DNA of 64,000 nt, from the NCBI GenBank assembly GCA_007694165.1, contig RECE01000212.1, positions 29,505 to 93,504 of the forward strand, written 5' to 3'. The stretch comes from Bacteroidota bacterium (lineage in GTDB: Bacteria; Bacteroidota; Bacteroidia; Bacteroidales; UBA7960). Under the pieces are notes generated by a model, which saw only the letters and a list, made by a program, of their open reading frames with translations, was not told where the DNA came from and ran no database searches. A program made the position numbers and the translations under genes. Positions 10,518 to 20,243 of the stretch are shown here, piece after piece. How positions within the stretch are numbered: the first letter of the stretch is position 1; every line of letters starts with the position of its first letter.

Positions 10518-10673
10518 ATGGCAAAGAAAGTAGTTGCAACCCTGAAAACGGATACCGGTAAGGGTTTTGCAAAAGTTATCAAGATGGAAAAATCAGCCAA
10601 ATCCGGCGCCTATTCTTTCAAAGAAGATATTGTAGCTGCCGATAAAGTAAAAGATTATTTTGCAAAGAAATAA
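10518..10673 (+). CDS. DUF4295 small protein (conserved partner of rpmG in Bacteroidota)
   Basis: Below the ORF-track cutoff. ATG at 10518, TAA at 10671-10673, 51 aa: MAKKVVATLKTDTGKGFAKVIKMEKSAKSGAYSFKEDIVAADKVKDYFAKK. It starts 8 nt after the rpmG stop. Confidence 0.7.
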   Translation: MAKKVVATLKTDTGKGFAKVIKMEKSAKSGAYSFKEDIVAADKVKDYFAKK

Positions 10674-10745
10674 ATCTTTTGCTGGTTAGCTGGCAATTTT
10701 TCTGAAGGCTGTTTCAATACAGCCTTCCATCATGGCATTTATAGA

Positions 10746-10786
10746 AAAAAGACTTCCCTAATGTAAATATTCAGGAAGTCTTTTTT
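10746..10786 (+). terminator. Intrinsic terminator after rpmG-DUF4295
   Basis: Stem AAAGACTTCC / GGAAGTCTTT with a 16-nt loop, followed by TTTTTT. Confidence 0.7.
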
Positions 10787-10788
10787 AT

Positions 10789-10796
10789 TACCTTTG
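10789..10796 (+). promoter_or_regulatory. Candidate -7 box for ftsY
   Basis: TACCTTTG matches TAnnTTTG, about 65 nt upstream of the ftsY ATG and directly after the terminator. Confidence 0.4.
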
Positions 10797-10861
10797 TCCC
10801 TGATTAGCAGTCAGCCAGGCGGCATTAATACTATAGTCTGACTTTACTTAAAAAATTACAG

Positions 10862-11815
10862 ATGGGATTGTTTGATATTTTTTCCAAAAACAAAAAAGAG
10901 AAACTTGATCAGGGTCTTGACAAAACCCGGGAGAATATTTTTTCCCGATTGGGCAAGGCTGTTGCAGGCAAATCAGTAGTTGATGCAGATGTGCTGGACA
11001 ATCTGGAAGAAGTGCTGGTTACCTCTGATGTAGGAGTAGCTACCACATTGCGAATTATTGAACGCATTGAAGAGAGGGTTGCAAAAGATAAATACCTGGG
11101 AACAGAAGAGCTTAATCGCATTCTCAAAGAAGAGATAAAAGCATTATTGGCAGAAAATACCGTCAATGATTTCAGATCTTTTGGTATTGATAGTTTTGAA
11201 GCACCCTATGTAATCATGGTGGTTGGGGTAAACGGAGTAGGAAAAACCACTACCATCGGAAAACTTGCACATAAGTTTAAGGCTGCAGGAAAATCTGTGG
11301 TCTTGGGTGCTTCCGATACCTTCAGGGCTGCAGCAGTTGACCAGTTAACCATCTGGTCGCAAAGAGTGGATGTGCCTGTTGTATCGCAGGGAATGGGCGC
11401 TGATCCGGCTTCGGTGGCCTTCGAAACAGTTGCCTACGCCCGCAAGCATAAAATCGATGTTGCCATTATTGATACTGCCGGACGATTGCACAACAAGGTG
11501 GGACTAATGAATGAACTAAGCAAAATCAAACGGGTAATGCAAAAACAAGTTGAAGCTGCCCCTCATGAAATTTTGCTTGTGCTGGATGGTTCTACCGGAC
11601 AGAATGCTTTCGAACAGGCAAAACAGTTTACTGCAGCCACCGAAGTCAATGCTCTTGCTATTACAAAGCTTGATGGAACGGCCAAAGGAGGTGTGGTAAT
11701 TGGTGTAAGTGACCAGTTTAAAATTCCGGTTAAATATATAGGTGTTGGGGAAGGGGTTGATGATTTACAGATTTTTGATCGTGATGCCTTTGTTGATACC
11801 CTTTTTGACCGATAG
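10862..11815 (+). CDS. ftsY: Signal recognition particle receptor FtsY
   Basis: 317 aa. SRP-GTPase NG domain with GVNGVGKTTTIGKLA (G1), DTAGR (G3), TKLDGTAKGG (G4) and a helical N domain. Confidence 0.9.
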   Translation: MGLFDIFSKNKKEKLDQGLDKTRENIFSRLGKAVAGKSVVDADVLDNLEEVLVTSDVGVATTLRIIERIEERVAKDKYLGTEELNRILKEEIKALLAENTVNDFRSFGIDSFEAPYVIMVVGVNGVGKTTTIGKLAHKFKAAGKSVVLGASDTFRAAAVDQLTIWSQRVDVPVVSQGMGADPASVAFETVAYARKHKIDVAIIDTAGRLHNKVGLMNELSKIKRVMQKQVEAAPHEILLVLDGSTGQNAFEQAKQFTAATEVNALAITKLDGTAKGGVVIGVSDQFKIPVKYIGVGEGVDDLQIFDRDAFVDTLFDR

Positions 11816-12002
11816 CATTAGCACCGGAAATACATTAAATGCGGTTGTGATTGAACTGCCCCTCTTACTCGGTTGTTCATCCCCTGTTTAATACTTTGAA
11901 TGTCCGGCTCTGCAGTTTTGCCCCAGACATTTTTTAAAGCATAGCTTTAATGGCCTTATTTTACTTTGGTCTGAGACTTTTCCATAATCTTCAATACTCT
12001 TT

Positions 12003-13292
12003 ATGACTTCCAAAAAACATATCAATATTATCACGCTGGGTTGTTCGAAAAACCTTGTGGATTCAGAAAAAATAATGGGCCAGCTTCAGCACGGACCCTT
12101 TCGTATTACCCATGATGCTGACGGACCTTCGGATATAGTCGTTATCAACACCTGTGGCTTTATCGGTGATGCTAAAGAAGAATCAATAGATACTATTTTG
12201 CAATACACAGAAGCCAAAAAACAAGGTCTTGTGCAGGAGGTTATTGTTACTGGTTGTTTATCGCAACGATACAAAGATGCTTTACAGAAAGAGATTCCGG
12301 AGGCCGATGCCTGGTTTGGTGTGGACAATCCGTCAGAACTTTTCACATACCTGAAACACAAATACAATGAGGGCAGCCAGGAAAGGCTGATCACAACCCC
12401 TTCCCATTTTGCTTACCTCAAAATTGCCGAGGGCTGCGACCGGACATGTTCTTTCTGTGCCATTCCCCTGATACGGGGAAAGTTTATCTCCCGTTCTGTT
12501 GAAAGCCTCGTGGAGGAAGCTGCAGAACTTGCCCGAAAGGGTGTGAAGGAAATTCTGCTTATTGCACAGGATTTGAGCTACTACGGATTTGATTTAGAGA
12601 AAAGAAGCATGCTGGCAGATTTGCTCCGGGAACTGGTAAAAGTCTCCGGAATTGAATGGATCCGGCTTCATTATGCCTATCCCAAAAATTTCCCCACTGA
12701 AGTAATTGACCTGATGGCAAAAGAGCCAAAAATATGCCGGTACCTTGATATCCCTTTGCAGCATATCAGCGATCCTGTATTGAAATCCATGCGACGCAAT
12801 ACTGATAAGGCCTCTACTTTGGCACTTCTGGAAGCGTTTCGCAGCAAAGTGCCCGATGTGGCATTGCGAACTACCTTGCTGGTGGGCTATCCCGGCGAAA
12901 CCATGGCGCAGTTTGAGGAGTTGCTGGCTTTTGTAAAAGAAACCCGGTTTGAAAGATTGGGAGTATTCACGTATTCGCCCGAGGAGGGAACAAAAGCTTT
13001 TGAACTGGAAGATACCATTAGCGACAAAGAGAAGCAGAAAAGAGCCGACAAGATTATGGAAGCACAGCAGGAGATTTCATTTCAGTTAAACCAGGAGAAG
13101 ATTGGGAAGACGTTTCGTGTGCTAATCGACAGGGAAGAGGACGATTATTTTGTGGGCAGAACAGAATATGATTCTCCGGAGGTTGATAATGAAGTGTATG
13201 TAACAAAGCAGGATGATATAGTTACGGCTGAATTCTACTCAGTAAGAATCACTTCAGCATCGGATTTTGATTTGTTTGGAGAAAAGATTTAA
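12003..13292 (+). CDS. rimO: Ribosomal protein S12 methylthiotransferase RimO
   Basis: 429 aa. UPF0004 N-domain (ITLGCSKNLVDSE...NTCGF), radical-SAM CDRTCSFC motif and a C-terminal TRAM domain. Sits in the conserved position after ftsY. Confidence 0.85.
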   Translation: MTSKKHINIITLGCSKNLVDSEKIMGQLQHGPFRITHDADGPSDIVVINTCGFIGDAKEESIDTILQYTEAKKQGLVQEVIVTGCLSQRYKDALQKEIPEADAWFGVDNPSELFTYLKHKYNEGSQERLITTPSHFAYLKIAEGCDRTCSFCAIPLIRGKFISRSVESLVEEAAELARKGVKEILLIAQDLSYYGFDLEKRSMLADLLRELVKVSGIEWIRLHYAYPKNFPTEVIDLMAKEPKICRYLDIPLQHISDPVLKSMRRNTDKASTLALLEAFRSKVPDVALRTTLLVGYPGETMAQFEELLAFVKETRFERLGVFTYSPEEGTKAFELEDTISDKEKQKRADKIMEAQQEISFQLNQEKIGKTFRVLIDREEDDYFVGRTEYDSPEVDNEVYVTKQDDIVTAEFYSVRITSASDFDLFGEKI

Positions 13293-13350
13293 TCACCGTT
13301 TTATATGGCATGCACAACCGTTGCATAGAAAGTTTCAGGATTACCCTAAC

Positions 13351-13390
13351 AAAAAACCCTTGTAATCAAATGATATACAAGGGTTTTTTG
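13351..13390. terminator. Bidirectional intrinsic terminator (rimO on +, tRNA on -)
   Basis: Stem CCCTTGTA / TACAAGGG with an 11-nt loop, flanked by AAAAAA on the left and TTTTTT on the right. Confidence 0.7.
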
Positions 13391-13395
13391 TTTTG

Positions 13396-13469
13396 TAGCG
13401 GGGACGAGAGTTGAACTCGTGACCTTCGGGTTATGAATCCGACGCTCTAACCACCTGAGCTACCCCGCC
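13396..13469 (-). tRNA. tRNA with CAU anticodon (elongator Met or lysidine-modified Ile2)
   Basis: Reverse complement: GGCGGGGTAGCTCAGGTGGTTAGAGCGTCGGATTCATAACCCGAAGGTCACGAGTTCAACTCTCGTCCCCGCTA. It folds as a 74-nt cloverleaf with a D arm (GCTC/GAGC), anticodon loop TTCATAA and T arm (ACGAG/CTCGT). The C11-G24 pair argues against an initiator. CCA is not encoded. Confidence 0.85.
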
Positions 13470-13583
13470 AATTTGTTTATTTTAAAGAGCTTTTCTCAGG
13501 TTTGGCAGCCTTGGTGCTGTCGTTTTGAGTGGTGCAAAAATAGTAAAGAATTTCAATATACAAGGGATATTTGAAAAAAGTTT

Positions 13584-14483
13584 TTAAACTTTTTTTGAGC
13601 GCCTGAAGCTTGCAGACTGGCTTAAAAAGATGCCGGATATAACAATGATGATTCCCAGTATTTTACTCAAATCAATGCTCTCTTGTAATAGAAAAAAGGA
13701 GAAAATGGCTGTAAAGACAGGAATAAGATTGGCAAACACTGAAGTGCGGGCAACCCCGATAACTCTTACTGCGATGGTAAAAAACACGAAGGCAAGCGTA
13801 GATGCAAATACTGCCAGCTTCAAAAGCGCCCATGCAAGTTCAGCGGTAGGCTGAACAGTAATGAATGTCGAAAAATCAAAAATCAGAAAAAAAGGAAGAA
13901 AAAACAATGCACCCAAAAGGTTCTGTACTTTGATTATGGTGGTGGAGGAGTACTTGATGGCCAGTTTTTTCAGGTACACAATATTGACAAGAGCTGAAAT
14001 GACAGCAAAAAACAGCAGGCCTACACCAAGTGGCGAAGCGCTGAAACGAAATTCAAAATCCAGAACCATGATAATAACTCCCGAGAAAGATATGAAAAAA
14101 CCTATCAGGTTTAGCCGGGTAATTCTTTCCCTAAAAACAAAATAACCCAGCATTGGCGTAAAAACAGGAATGGTAGCAATAATTACTGCGGCGATGGTGG
14201 GCGTTACATATTTCAAACCGAAGCTCTCCCCAATAAAATAACAAAAAGGCGAGAAGAATGACAAAATCACAAAAGACTTGTAATCCTCCTTTTTTACTTT
14301 TTCTTTTTTACCGAAAATGCCCAATATAATAAACAGAAAAACCGAGGACAAACTCAGGCGCAAAAACATGGTTGTAATAGGTTCATAGTATTCATAAACC
14401 ACTTTCATCCAAACATAGGAAATACCCCAAAAGGTAATTGCCAGCAATGTAAGAAAGTAAACAAGGATTACATTTTTTTGCAT
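13584..14483 (-). CDS. EamA/DMT family transporter
   Basis: 299 aa, about 10 hydrophobic helices arranged as two EamA-like halves. Confidence 0.7.
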   Translation of the reverse strand: MQKNVILVYFLTLLAITFWGISYVWMKVVYEYYEPITTMFLRLSLSSVFLFIILGIFGKKEKVKKEDYKSFVILSFFSPFCYFIGESFGLKYVTPTIAAVIIATIPVFTPMLGYFVFRERITRLNLIGFFISFSGVIIMVLDFEFRFSASPLGVGLLFFAVISALVNIVYLKKLAIKYSSTTIIKVQNLLGALFFLPFFLIFDFSTFITVQPTAELAWALLKLAVFASTLAFVFFTIAVRVIGVARTSVFANLIPVFTAIFSFFLLQESIDLSKILGIIIVISGIFLSQSASFRRSKKV

Positions 14484-14742
14484 ATTACTTCGAAAATTTG
14501 CGCAAACCTACAAAATATTTGCAAGTAACAGGATGGTTAAGATTATTTTGTATTACATTAATTTTTGTAGGTTTTTAATGATGATATATAAAAAAACATA
14601 CAAAATCAATCGATTGTATGCAATGATCTGTTTTATAAACAGTTTGTTGATAAATAATCGGAAAATCTTTGTTTAAAGCCCTGCATATCTTGGTTTTTTT
14701 TGTATATTGCATCCCATCAGTGGTTCTTAATAGTATTTGCTT

Positions 14743-15126
14743 ATGACTCCATTACAAAAATTTACACTCGAGTTTCCCATGAAGGTATCTCCAAAGCTAC
14801 TCTTCACTCTCATAAGCACATCAGAGGGACTTGCACGTTGGTTTGCAGAAAAGGTAACTGTTCAGGGTGATAACTACCTGTTTGAATGGGAAGGCAGCCA
14901 GCAATCAGCCCGTCTGCTGGAATCAAAAGAACCGGAGTATGTCAGGTTTGAGTGGACTGATGACTTTCATGAAGGATTTGTTTTGGAGCTGCAAATCAGT
15001 CATCAGCCAGTATCGGGCGAATCAGCCCTGATTGTAAGCGACTATGCCGAGGAGTCAGACATGGATTTTACCCAGATGTGGTGGAGAACCCAATTAACTA
15101 AACTGCAAAGAGTATTTAGCTCCTGA
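14743..15126 (+). CDS. START-like / SRPBCC-fold domain protein
   Basis: Trimmed from a TTG at 14737 to the ATG at 14743. About 127 aa, with LARWFAEKV...FEW...VRFEW resembling the small START-like proteins of Bacteroidota. Confidence 0.45.
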   Translation: MTPLQKFTLEFPMKVSPKLLFTLISTSEGLARWFAEKVTVQGDNYLFEWEGSQQSARLLESKEPEYVRFEWTDDFHEGFVLELQISHQPVSGESALIVSDYAEESDMDFTQMWWRTQLTKLQRVFSS

Positions 15127-15207
15127 GTCTGATATAGCCTGGGAAACCAGGGACACAAGTTGCAACTCCCTTTCCCTGAAATGCTTTTATCCCCTGTTGT
15201 TAGGATG

Positions 15208-16695
15208 TTACAAGCTGGGAGCCTGAAGTTTAAACCAATCTTTTACAAAGTCGGAGTAGTCCTTAGGGGCCTTATAATGTTTAAACTCGTTGGTTCGGGG
15301 GTTGTAGATGTAATCTTTGGCCCAGGTTTGATATTTCTTCTGTATATCCTTTAGCGCTTCAATAATCCAGTAGAGCTCCTGGTCAGTCATGGTAGGGTGC
15401 AAAGAAAGCCTGATCCAACCGGGTTTTTCTGATAAATCACCGGTGCTGATTTTTGATGTGATGCTTCTGGAGTGTTCATAATCCACATTCAGCAGATAGT
15501 GACCATAGGTTCCTGCACAGGCACAACCCCCTCTTACTTGTATTCCATACCGATCATTAAGTAGTTTAACCACCAGGTTGTAATGCATGTTCTCGAAATA
15601 GAAAGAAATAACTCCCAGTCTTTCATGGGTATTATCAGCAAGAATCCATAATCCGGGAATGGTTTTGAATTCTCTCAATACGATTTCAAGCAGTTCGTTT
15701 TCTCTTTTGTGAATATTTTCAACTCCCATCTGATCCTTAAGGTTGATAGCCAGAGCTGCCTTTATGGTCTGAAGAAAACCGGGTGTTCCGCCGTCTTCTC
15801 TGAGTTCAATGTCGTCGATATACTTGTACTCACCCCATGGGTTGGTCCAGTCTACTGTGCCTCCACCCGGGTTGTCAGGAACTACCGAATTGTAAGTGGA
15901 AGAGTCGAAAATCAAAACTCCGGGGGTTCCGGGGCCGCCCAGAAACTTGTGAGGAGAAAACAATACTGCATCCAGTTTTTCCATAGGATCTGCAGGATGC
16001 ATGTTGATTTCATCATAAGGAGCGGATGCTGCATAATCGATAAAACAAACGCCTTCATGCTCGTGCATTATACGTGCCAGCTCATGCACAGGAGTTCTTA
16101 TACCTGTTACATTGGAGCAGGCAGTAAAGGATCCTATTTTGAGTTTTCGATCTTTATGCTTTTCCAGTTCTGCCCTCAATTCATCCAGGTCAATAAGCAT
16201 ATCTTTCCCGGGTTTGATGACCACAACATCTGCAGTGGTTTCAAACCATGATGTTTGGTTGGAGTGATGCTCCATGTGTGAAATAAAAACCACCGGTTTT
16301 TCGTTCTCCTGCATGCATTTTCCTGCAGAAAGTTTTCCGCAAACCCTTAGTCCAAGGATTCGTTGAAACTTATTGATTACAGTAGTGAATCCACTTCCGG
16401 CTGTGATTATCGCATCTTTGGGACCGGCATTAACATGTTCTTTGATTTTTTTATGTGCATAATGATAGGCATTGGTCATGAGTATACCGGTTTCGCTGGC
16501 TTCTGTATGGGTATTACCTACAAATGGTCCAAATTTTTCCACTATAGTTTTTTCAATAGGATCGTAGAGTCTGCCACTGGCAATCCAATCAGCATAAACG
16601 AGCTTCTGAATACCATAAGGAGAAACAAAAGTTTGTTCAATACCAATTATATTTTTCCGGAACTTATCAAAATATTTTTCAGCCTTTTCTATCAT
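15208..16695 (-). CDS. Aminotransferase class V-fold PLP-dependent enzyme (cysteine-desulfurase-like)
   Basis: 495 aa. SPHKFLGGPGTPGVL carries the PLP lysine. ISHMEHHSN and TACSNVTG motifs are typical of the family. Confidence 0.75.
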   Translation of the reverse strand: MIEKAEKYFDKFRKNIIGIEQTFVSPYGIQKLVYADWIASGRLYDPIEKTIVEKFGPFVGNTHTEASETGILMTNAYHYAHKKIKEHVNAGPKDAIITAGSGFTTVINKFQRILGLRVCGKLSAGKCMQENEKPVVFISHMEHHSNQTSWFETTADVVVIKPGKDMLIDLDELRAELEKHKDRKLKIGSFTACSNVTGIRTPVHELARIMHEHEGVCFIDYAASAPYDEINMHPADPMEKLDAVLFSPHKFLGGPGTPGVLIFDSSTYNSVVPDNPGGGTVDWTNPWGEYKYIDDIELREDGGTPGFLQTIKAALAINLKDQMGVENIHKRENELLEIVLREFKTIPGLWILADNTHERLGVISFYFENMHYNLVVKLLNDRYGIQVRGGCACAGTYGHYLLNVDYEHSRSITSKISTGDLSEKPGWIRLSLHPTMTDQELYWIIEALKDIQKKYQTWAKDYIYNPRTNEFKHYKAPKDYSDFVKDWFKLQAPSL

Positions 16696-17028
16696 TTGTC
16701 ATAAATTTTATGCAAAAATGCAAAAAAAAAGTGAATAGTTCTATCCTTAACTGATGAAACCTATAAATCTATATTGTTGTATTGGGTTCACTTTTTCATG
16801 ATTTTAATAAACTTCCTCTATCGCTAAACGGAAGTAGAATAAATGTTACTTTTATGGTTTAAAAAAAGGTATGTTGACTTACAAAAGTTAAGACTTTGCA
16901 TAAAGATTTCCCTTTCTGTGTTAAATATTGGTAATTAGCATGGTATAAGTAAACATGAAGGTATAGTTTTTGTAATGATTATAAAGAGTGCATCGTTTGC
17001 ATTTTCAAGTTAATAAATTTCCGATGTT

Positions 17029-20000
17029 ATGAATATTTATATGAGTTTGTTTAATAAAAAACCAGCCAAAAACATCCTGTCTCTGCTTACAGTTGTGTTT
17101 CTGCTGCTAATGAGTATACCTTCATCTTATGCTCAGTATTTTGGAAGAAATAAGCCTGGTTATCAAACCTTTGAATTTCAGGTTTATGAGTCACCCAACT
17201 TTACCATTTATCATTATTTTGATAACGACTCGGTGATCAATGCCCTTGCCAACAGATTTGAGCATTGGTATGTCCGGCACCAGAAGCTTTTCAAAGATAC
17301 CTTTGAAAAACCCAGTCCCATACTTATTTACGCAAATCATCCTGATTTTCAGCAAACTACAGCCGTAAGCGGAATGATAGGAATAGGAACGCAGGGAGTT
17401 ACAGAAGCCTTGAAAAACAGGGTGGTTATTCCTGTGCTTGAATCAAATGCTCAAACCGATCACGTAATAGGCCACGAACTTGTACACGTTTTTCATTTCA
17501 GAGCATTATTCATTGATGATTCCCTGTCACTAAATTCTCTTAGAAATCTTCCTTTGTGGTTGGTGGAGGGGATGGCAGAGTATTTCTCTATTGGTAGTGT
17601 TGATTCGCATACAGCTATGATAATGCGGGATGCGGTAAAAAAGGAAGATTTCCCTTCATTGCAGGATATGACCCGCAGTTACTCTTATAATCCTTATCGG
17701 TATGGTCATGCTTTTGTAGCCTTTGCAGGCCGTACCTGGGGTGATGATATCATTGCCCCTTTATTCAGGGAAACAGCAAAGTTTGGGTATGAAAGGGCAA
17801 TTGAACGGATTATAGGTCTGAACGCCAGCACAGTATCGGATTTGTGGAAAAGTGCTACCATTGCTCATTATCAGCAATGGCTTGATGATTCTTTAAAACA
17901 CATAGCAAGGGGAGAGTTGTTAATTGATGAAAAAAATGGTGGAGATTTAAATATTTCTCCTTCTCTCAGCCCCAATGGTGAATTTATAGCTTTCTTTTCC
18001 GAAAGAGATTTGTTTTCTCTTGATTTGTTTCTTGCCAATGCAAAAACAGGTCGGATAATCCGCAAATTATCCAGCTCCACGCGTAGCAGTGATATCGACG
18101 CTTTTAACTTTTTTGAATCGGTGGGAAGCTGGTCTCCTGATGGAGATAAATTTGTGCATGTTGCCGTTAAGCGTGGCCGAAATCAGCTGGTAATTGTGGA
18201 TGCAAATCGTCCGCGACGTACACAGCATATTCCCGTGGAGGGGGTACCTTCCTTCAATAACCCTGCGTGGTCTCCCGATGGAAGATATATTGTTTTCTCG
18301 GGTTTGGTTGATGGCATTGGAAACCTCTACCGATTAGATCTTGAGACTAAAAAGGTAGACAGGTTAACCAACGACCGATACTCTTACCTTCATCCTTCAT
18401 GGTCTCCTGATGGAAAATATCTGACATTCGCTACCGATAAGTTACCTGTAACTTATAACCCTGATACGCTGAATTATAGTTTTTATTTGGGTATCATGGA
18501 CATGGAAAGCCCAGGAAGAGATGTTACCGTACTTGATGTTTTCCCATCAGCAACGAATGTCAATCCGGTTTTCGATCAAAACCAGGAGGTAATTTACTTT
18601 TTAAGCAACAGAGATGGTTTCAGAAACCTGTACCAATATAATCTGGAAAATGGGAAAGTATTTCAGCTTACGGATTATTACACGGGTATCAGTGGCATTA
18701 CTCAGTTATCTCCTGCTATAACTGTAGCCCGGAATACAGGAGAGCTCTCCTACAGCTACTACAACGAAGGTAAGTATACCGTTTACAAAGCCAATCCTTC
18801 AGACTTTATGATGGTGGAGGTTGACCCGAAAGAAATTGATATGCGGGCTGCAACATTACCCCCCATGAACAGGAATACGGTGCCTGTGGTAGATGATTTT
18901 TTGAGCTCGGAGACAAGAACCCCCGTATTTCCAGTAGACTCCTTCCAGGTTAAAGAATACCGCCCACAGTTTGGTTTGTCTTTTATTGGAAGCAGTGGGG
19001 TAGGGATGTCTACCAGTCGGTTTGGTACAGGCATGCAAGGGGGAGTAGCTATGATGTTTAGCGATATTGTGGGAGATAATCAACTGTTCTCGGTACTATC
19101 TGTAAATGGAGAAATCTATGACTTTGGTGGGCAGATAGGGTACCTTAATCAGAAACGCAGAATCAATTGGGGAGGCAGTGTTTCCCATATTCCCTATCCG
19201 TTTGCTTATTTGAATATTAACCGGGAATATGTTGGACCCGACAGTATTCCTTTATTTGACTACCAGTTTGTTATAGAACGAACTTTTGAAACCCAGTTTG
19301 GTGCATTTGCCCTGTATCCTATTTCCACTACCCGTCGAATTGAAATCAGTGCCAGCCAGGCCTGGTATTATTTCAGGCGAGATATTTTCCATACCTATTA
19401 TGATGATTTTGGCTTTTACCGTGGACAGGACAGGAGCAAAGGGGATACCCGCGATGGTTTTAACCTGCAAAGACTAAGTATCGGATATGTTGGCGATAAT
19501 TCGTATTTCGGAATGGCTTCGCCCATGACAGGGCACAGATATCGTTTCAGTGTAGAAAAAATGTTTGGTGAGATTGATATGTATAATGCTGTAGCAGATT
19601 ATCGCAAGTACTGGTTTCGCCAGCCTTTCAGTGTAGCTTTCAGGGCTTCACACTTTGGTCGCTATGGCAAGGATTCTGACAACAACCTTTTCTATCCTCT
19701 TTATCTGGGTTTTCCCACCTATATGAGAGGATATGACTACAGCTCCCTGAATCAGATCAGAAACAATATTCCTGGTGTAGAAAGTCAGGAAGATTTCCAG
19801 AATTTCCTGAGAAATATTCAGGGTACACGAATGTTGCTGGGTGGGTTGGAGGTAAAAATACCCTTTACCGGACCCGAAAGACTTGCCTTGATTTCCAGTG
19901 GATTTTTCTTTACCGAGCTGGCCTGGTTCCTGGATGCAGGTATTGCATGGAGAGAAGGTCAGAGTTTGGACTGGAACTTCACCAACGATACACAAAATCA

Positions 20001-20145
20001 GCGTTATCCTGTTTTCAGTACAGGGCCGTCATTGAGAATCAACCTTTTTGGTGCCATCATACTTGAACCATATTATGCTATCCCTTTTACGCTTGATCGT
20101 AGGCTTAAAGGTGTGTGGGGGTTAAGTTTCTGGCCGGGATGGTAG
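17029..20145 (+). CDS. Outer-membrane protein with an MA-clan peptidase-like N-domain, PD40/TolB beta-propeller repeats and an Omp85-like C-terminal barrel
   Basis: 1038 aa with a signal peptide ending SSYAQ. HELVHVF plus a downstream LVEGMAEY (HExxH...E). Four WSPDG PD40 repeats. The C-terminal third is rich in alternating aromatic beta-strands and ends FWPGW. Confidence 0.65.
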   Translation: MNIYMSLFNKKPAKNILSLLTVVFLLLMSIPSSYAQYFGRNKPGYQTFEFQVYESPNFTIYHYFDNDSVINALANRFEHWYVRHQKLFKDTFEKPSPILIYANHPDFQQTTAVSGMIGIGTQGVTEALKNRVVIPVLESNAQTDHVIGHELVHVFHFRALFIDDSLSLNSLRNLPLWLVEGMAEYFSIGSVDSHTAMIMRDAVKKEDFPSLQDMTRSYSYNPYRYGHAFVAFAGRTWGDDIIAPLFRETAKFGYERAIERIIGLNASTVSDLWKSATIAHYQQWLDDSLKHIARGELLIDEKNGGDLNISPSLSPNGEFIAFFSERDLFSLDLFLANAKTGRIIRKLSSSTRSSDIDAFNFFESVGSWSPDGDKFVHVAVKRGRNQLVIVDANRPRRTQHIPVEGVPSFNNPAWSPDGRYIVFSGLVDGIGNLYRLDLETKKVDRLTNDRYSYLHPSWSPDGKYLTFATDKLPVTYNPDTLNYSFYLGIMDMESPGRDVTVLDVFPSATNVNPVFDQNQEVIYFLSNRDGFRNLYQYNLENGKVFQLTDYYTGISGITQLSPAITVARNTGELSYSYYNEGKYTVYKANPSDFMMVEVDPKEIDMRAATLPPMNRNTVPVVDDFLSSETRTPVFPVDSFQVKEYRPQFGLSFIGSSGVGMSTSRFGTGMQGGVAMMFSDIVGDNQLFSVLSVNGEIYDFGGQIGYLNQKRRINWGGSVSHIPYPFAYLNINREYVGPDSIPLFDYQFVIERTFETQFGAFALYPISTTRRIEISASQAWYYFRRDIFHTYYDDFGFYRGQDRSKGDTRDGFNLQRLSIGYVGDNSYFGMASPMTGHRYRFSVEKMFGEIDMYNAVADYRKYWFRQPFSVAFRASHFGRYGKDSDNNLFYPLYLGFPTYMRGYDYSSLNQIRNNIPGVESQEDFQNFLRNIQGTRMLLGGLEVKIPFTGPERLALISSGFFFTELAWFLDAGIAWREGQSLDWNFTNDTQNQRYPVFSTGPSLRINLFGAIILEPYYAIPFTLDRRLKGVWGLSFWPGW

Positions 20146-20189
20146 CTTAGCAATTCTCAGACAATAGTATGATAAAATACAGATTAGAT

Positions 20190-20228
20190 AAAAAAAGCTG
20201 GTTCCGTGCGGGACCAGCTTTTTTTTTG
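20190..20228. terminator. Bidirectional intrinsic terminator between convergent genes
   Basis: AAAAAAAGCTGGTTCCGTGCGGGACCAGCTTTTTTTTT: stem GCTGGT(T)CC / GG(-)ACCAGC (one bulged T) with A and T runs on either side. Confidence 0.8.
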
Positions 20229-20243
20229 CAATATAATCGTTTC

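Noticed and set aside
13293-13583. tRNA-adjacent integration scars (also at 34098-34559)
   Set aside because: I saw no integrase, no direct repeat of either tRNA 3' end, and no compositional break next to either tRNA.
15709-16251. Long antisense ORFs inside confident genes (also 20169-20666, 22659-23156, 24774-25283, 42371-42880, 52949-53395, 57476-57955, 59532-60041)
   Set aside because: Each lies wholly within, and opposite to, a gene with strong family motifs. Their translations are low-complexity with no recognisable domains. They are shadow ORFs.
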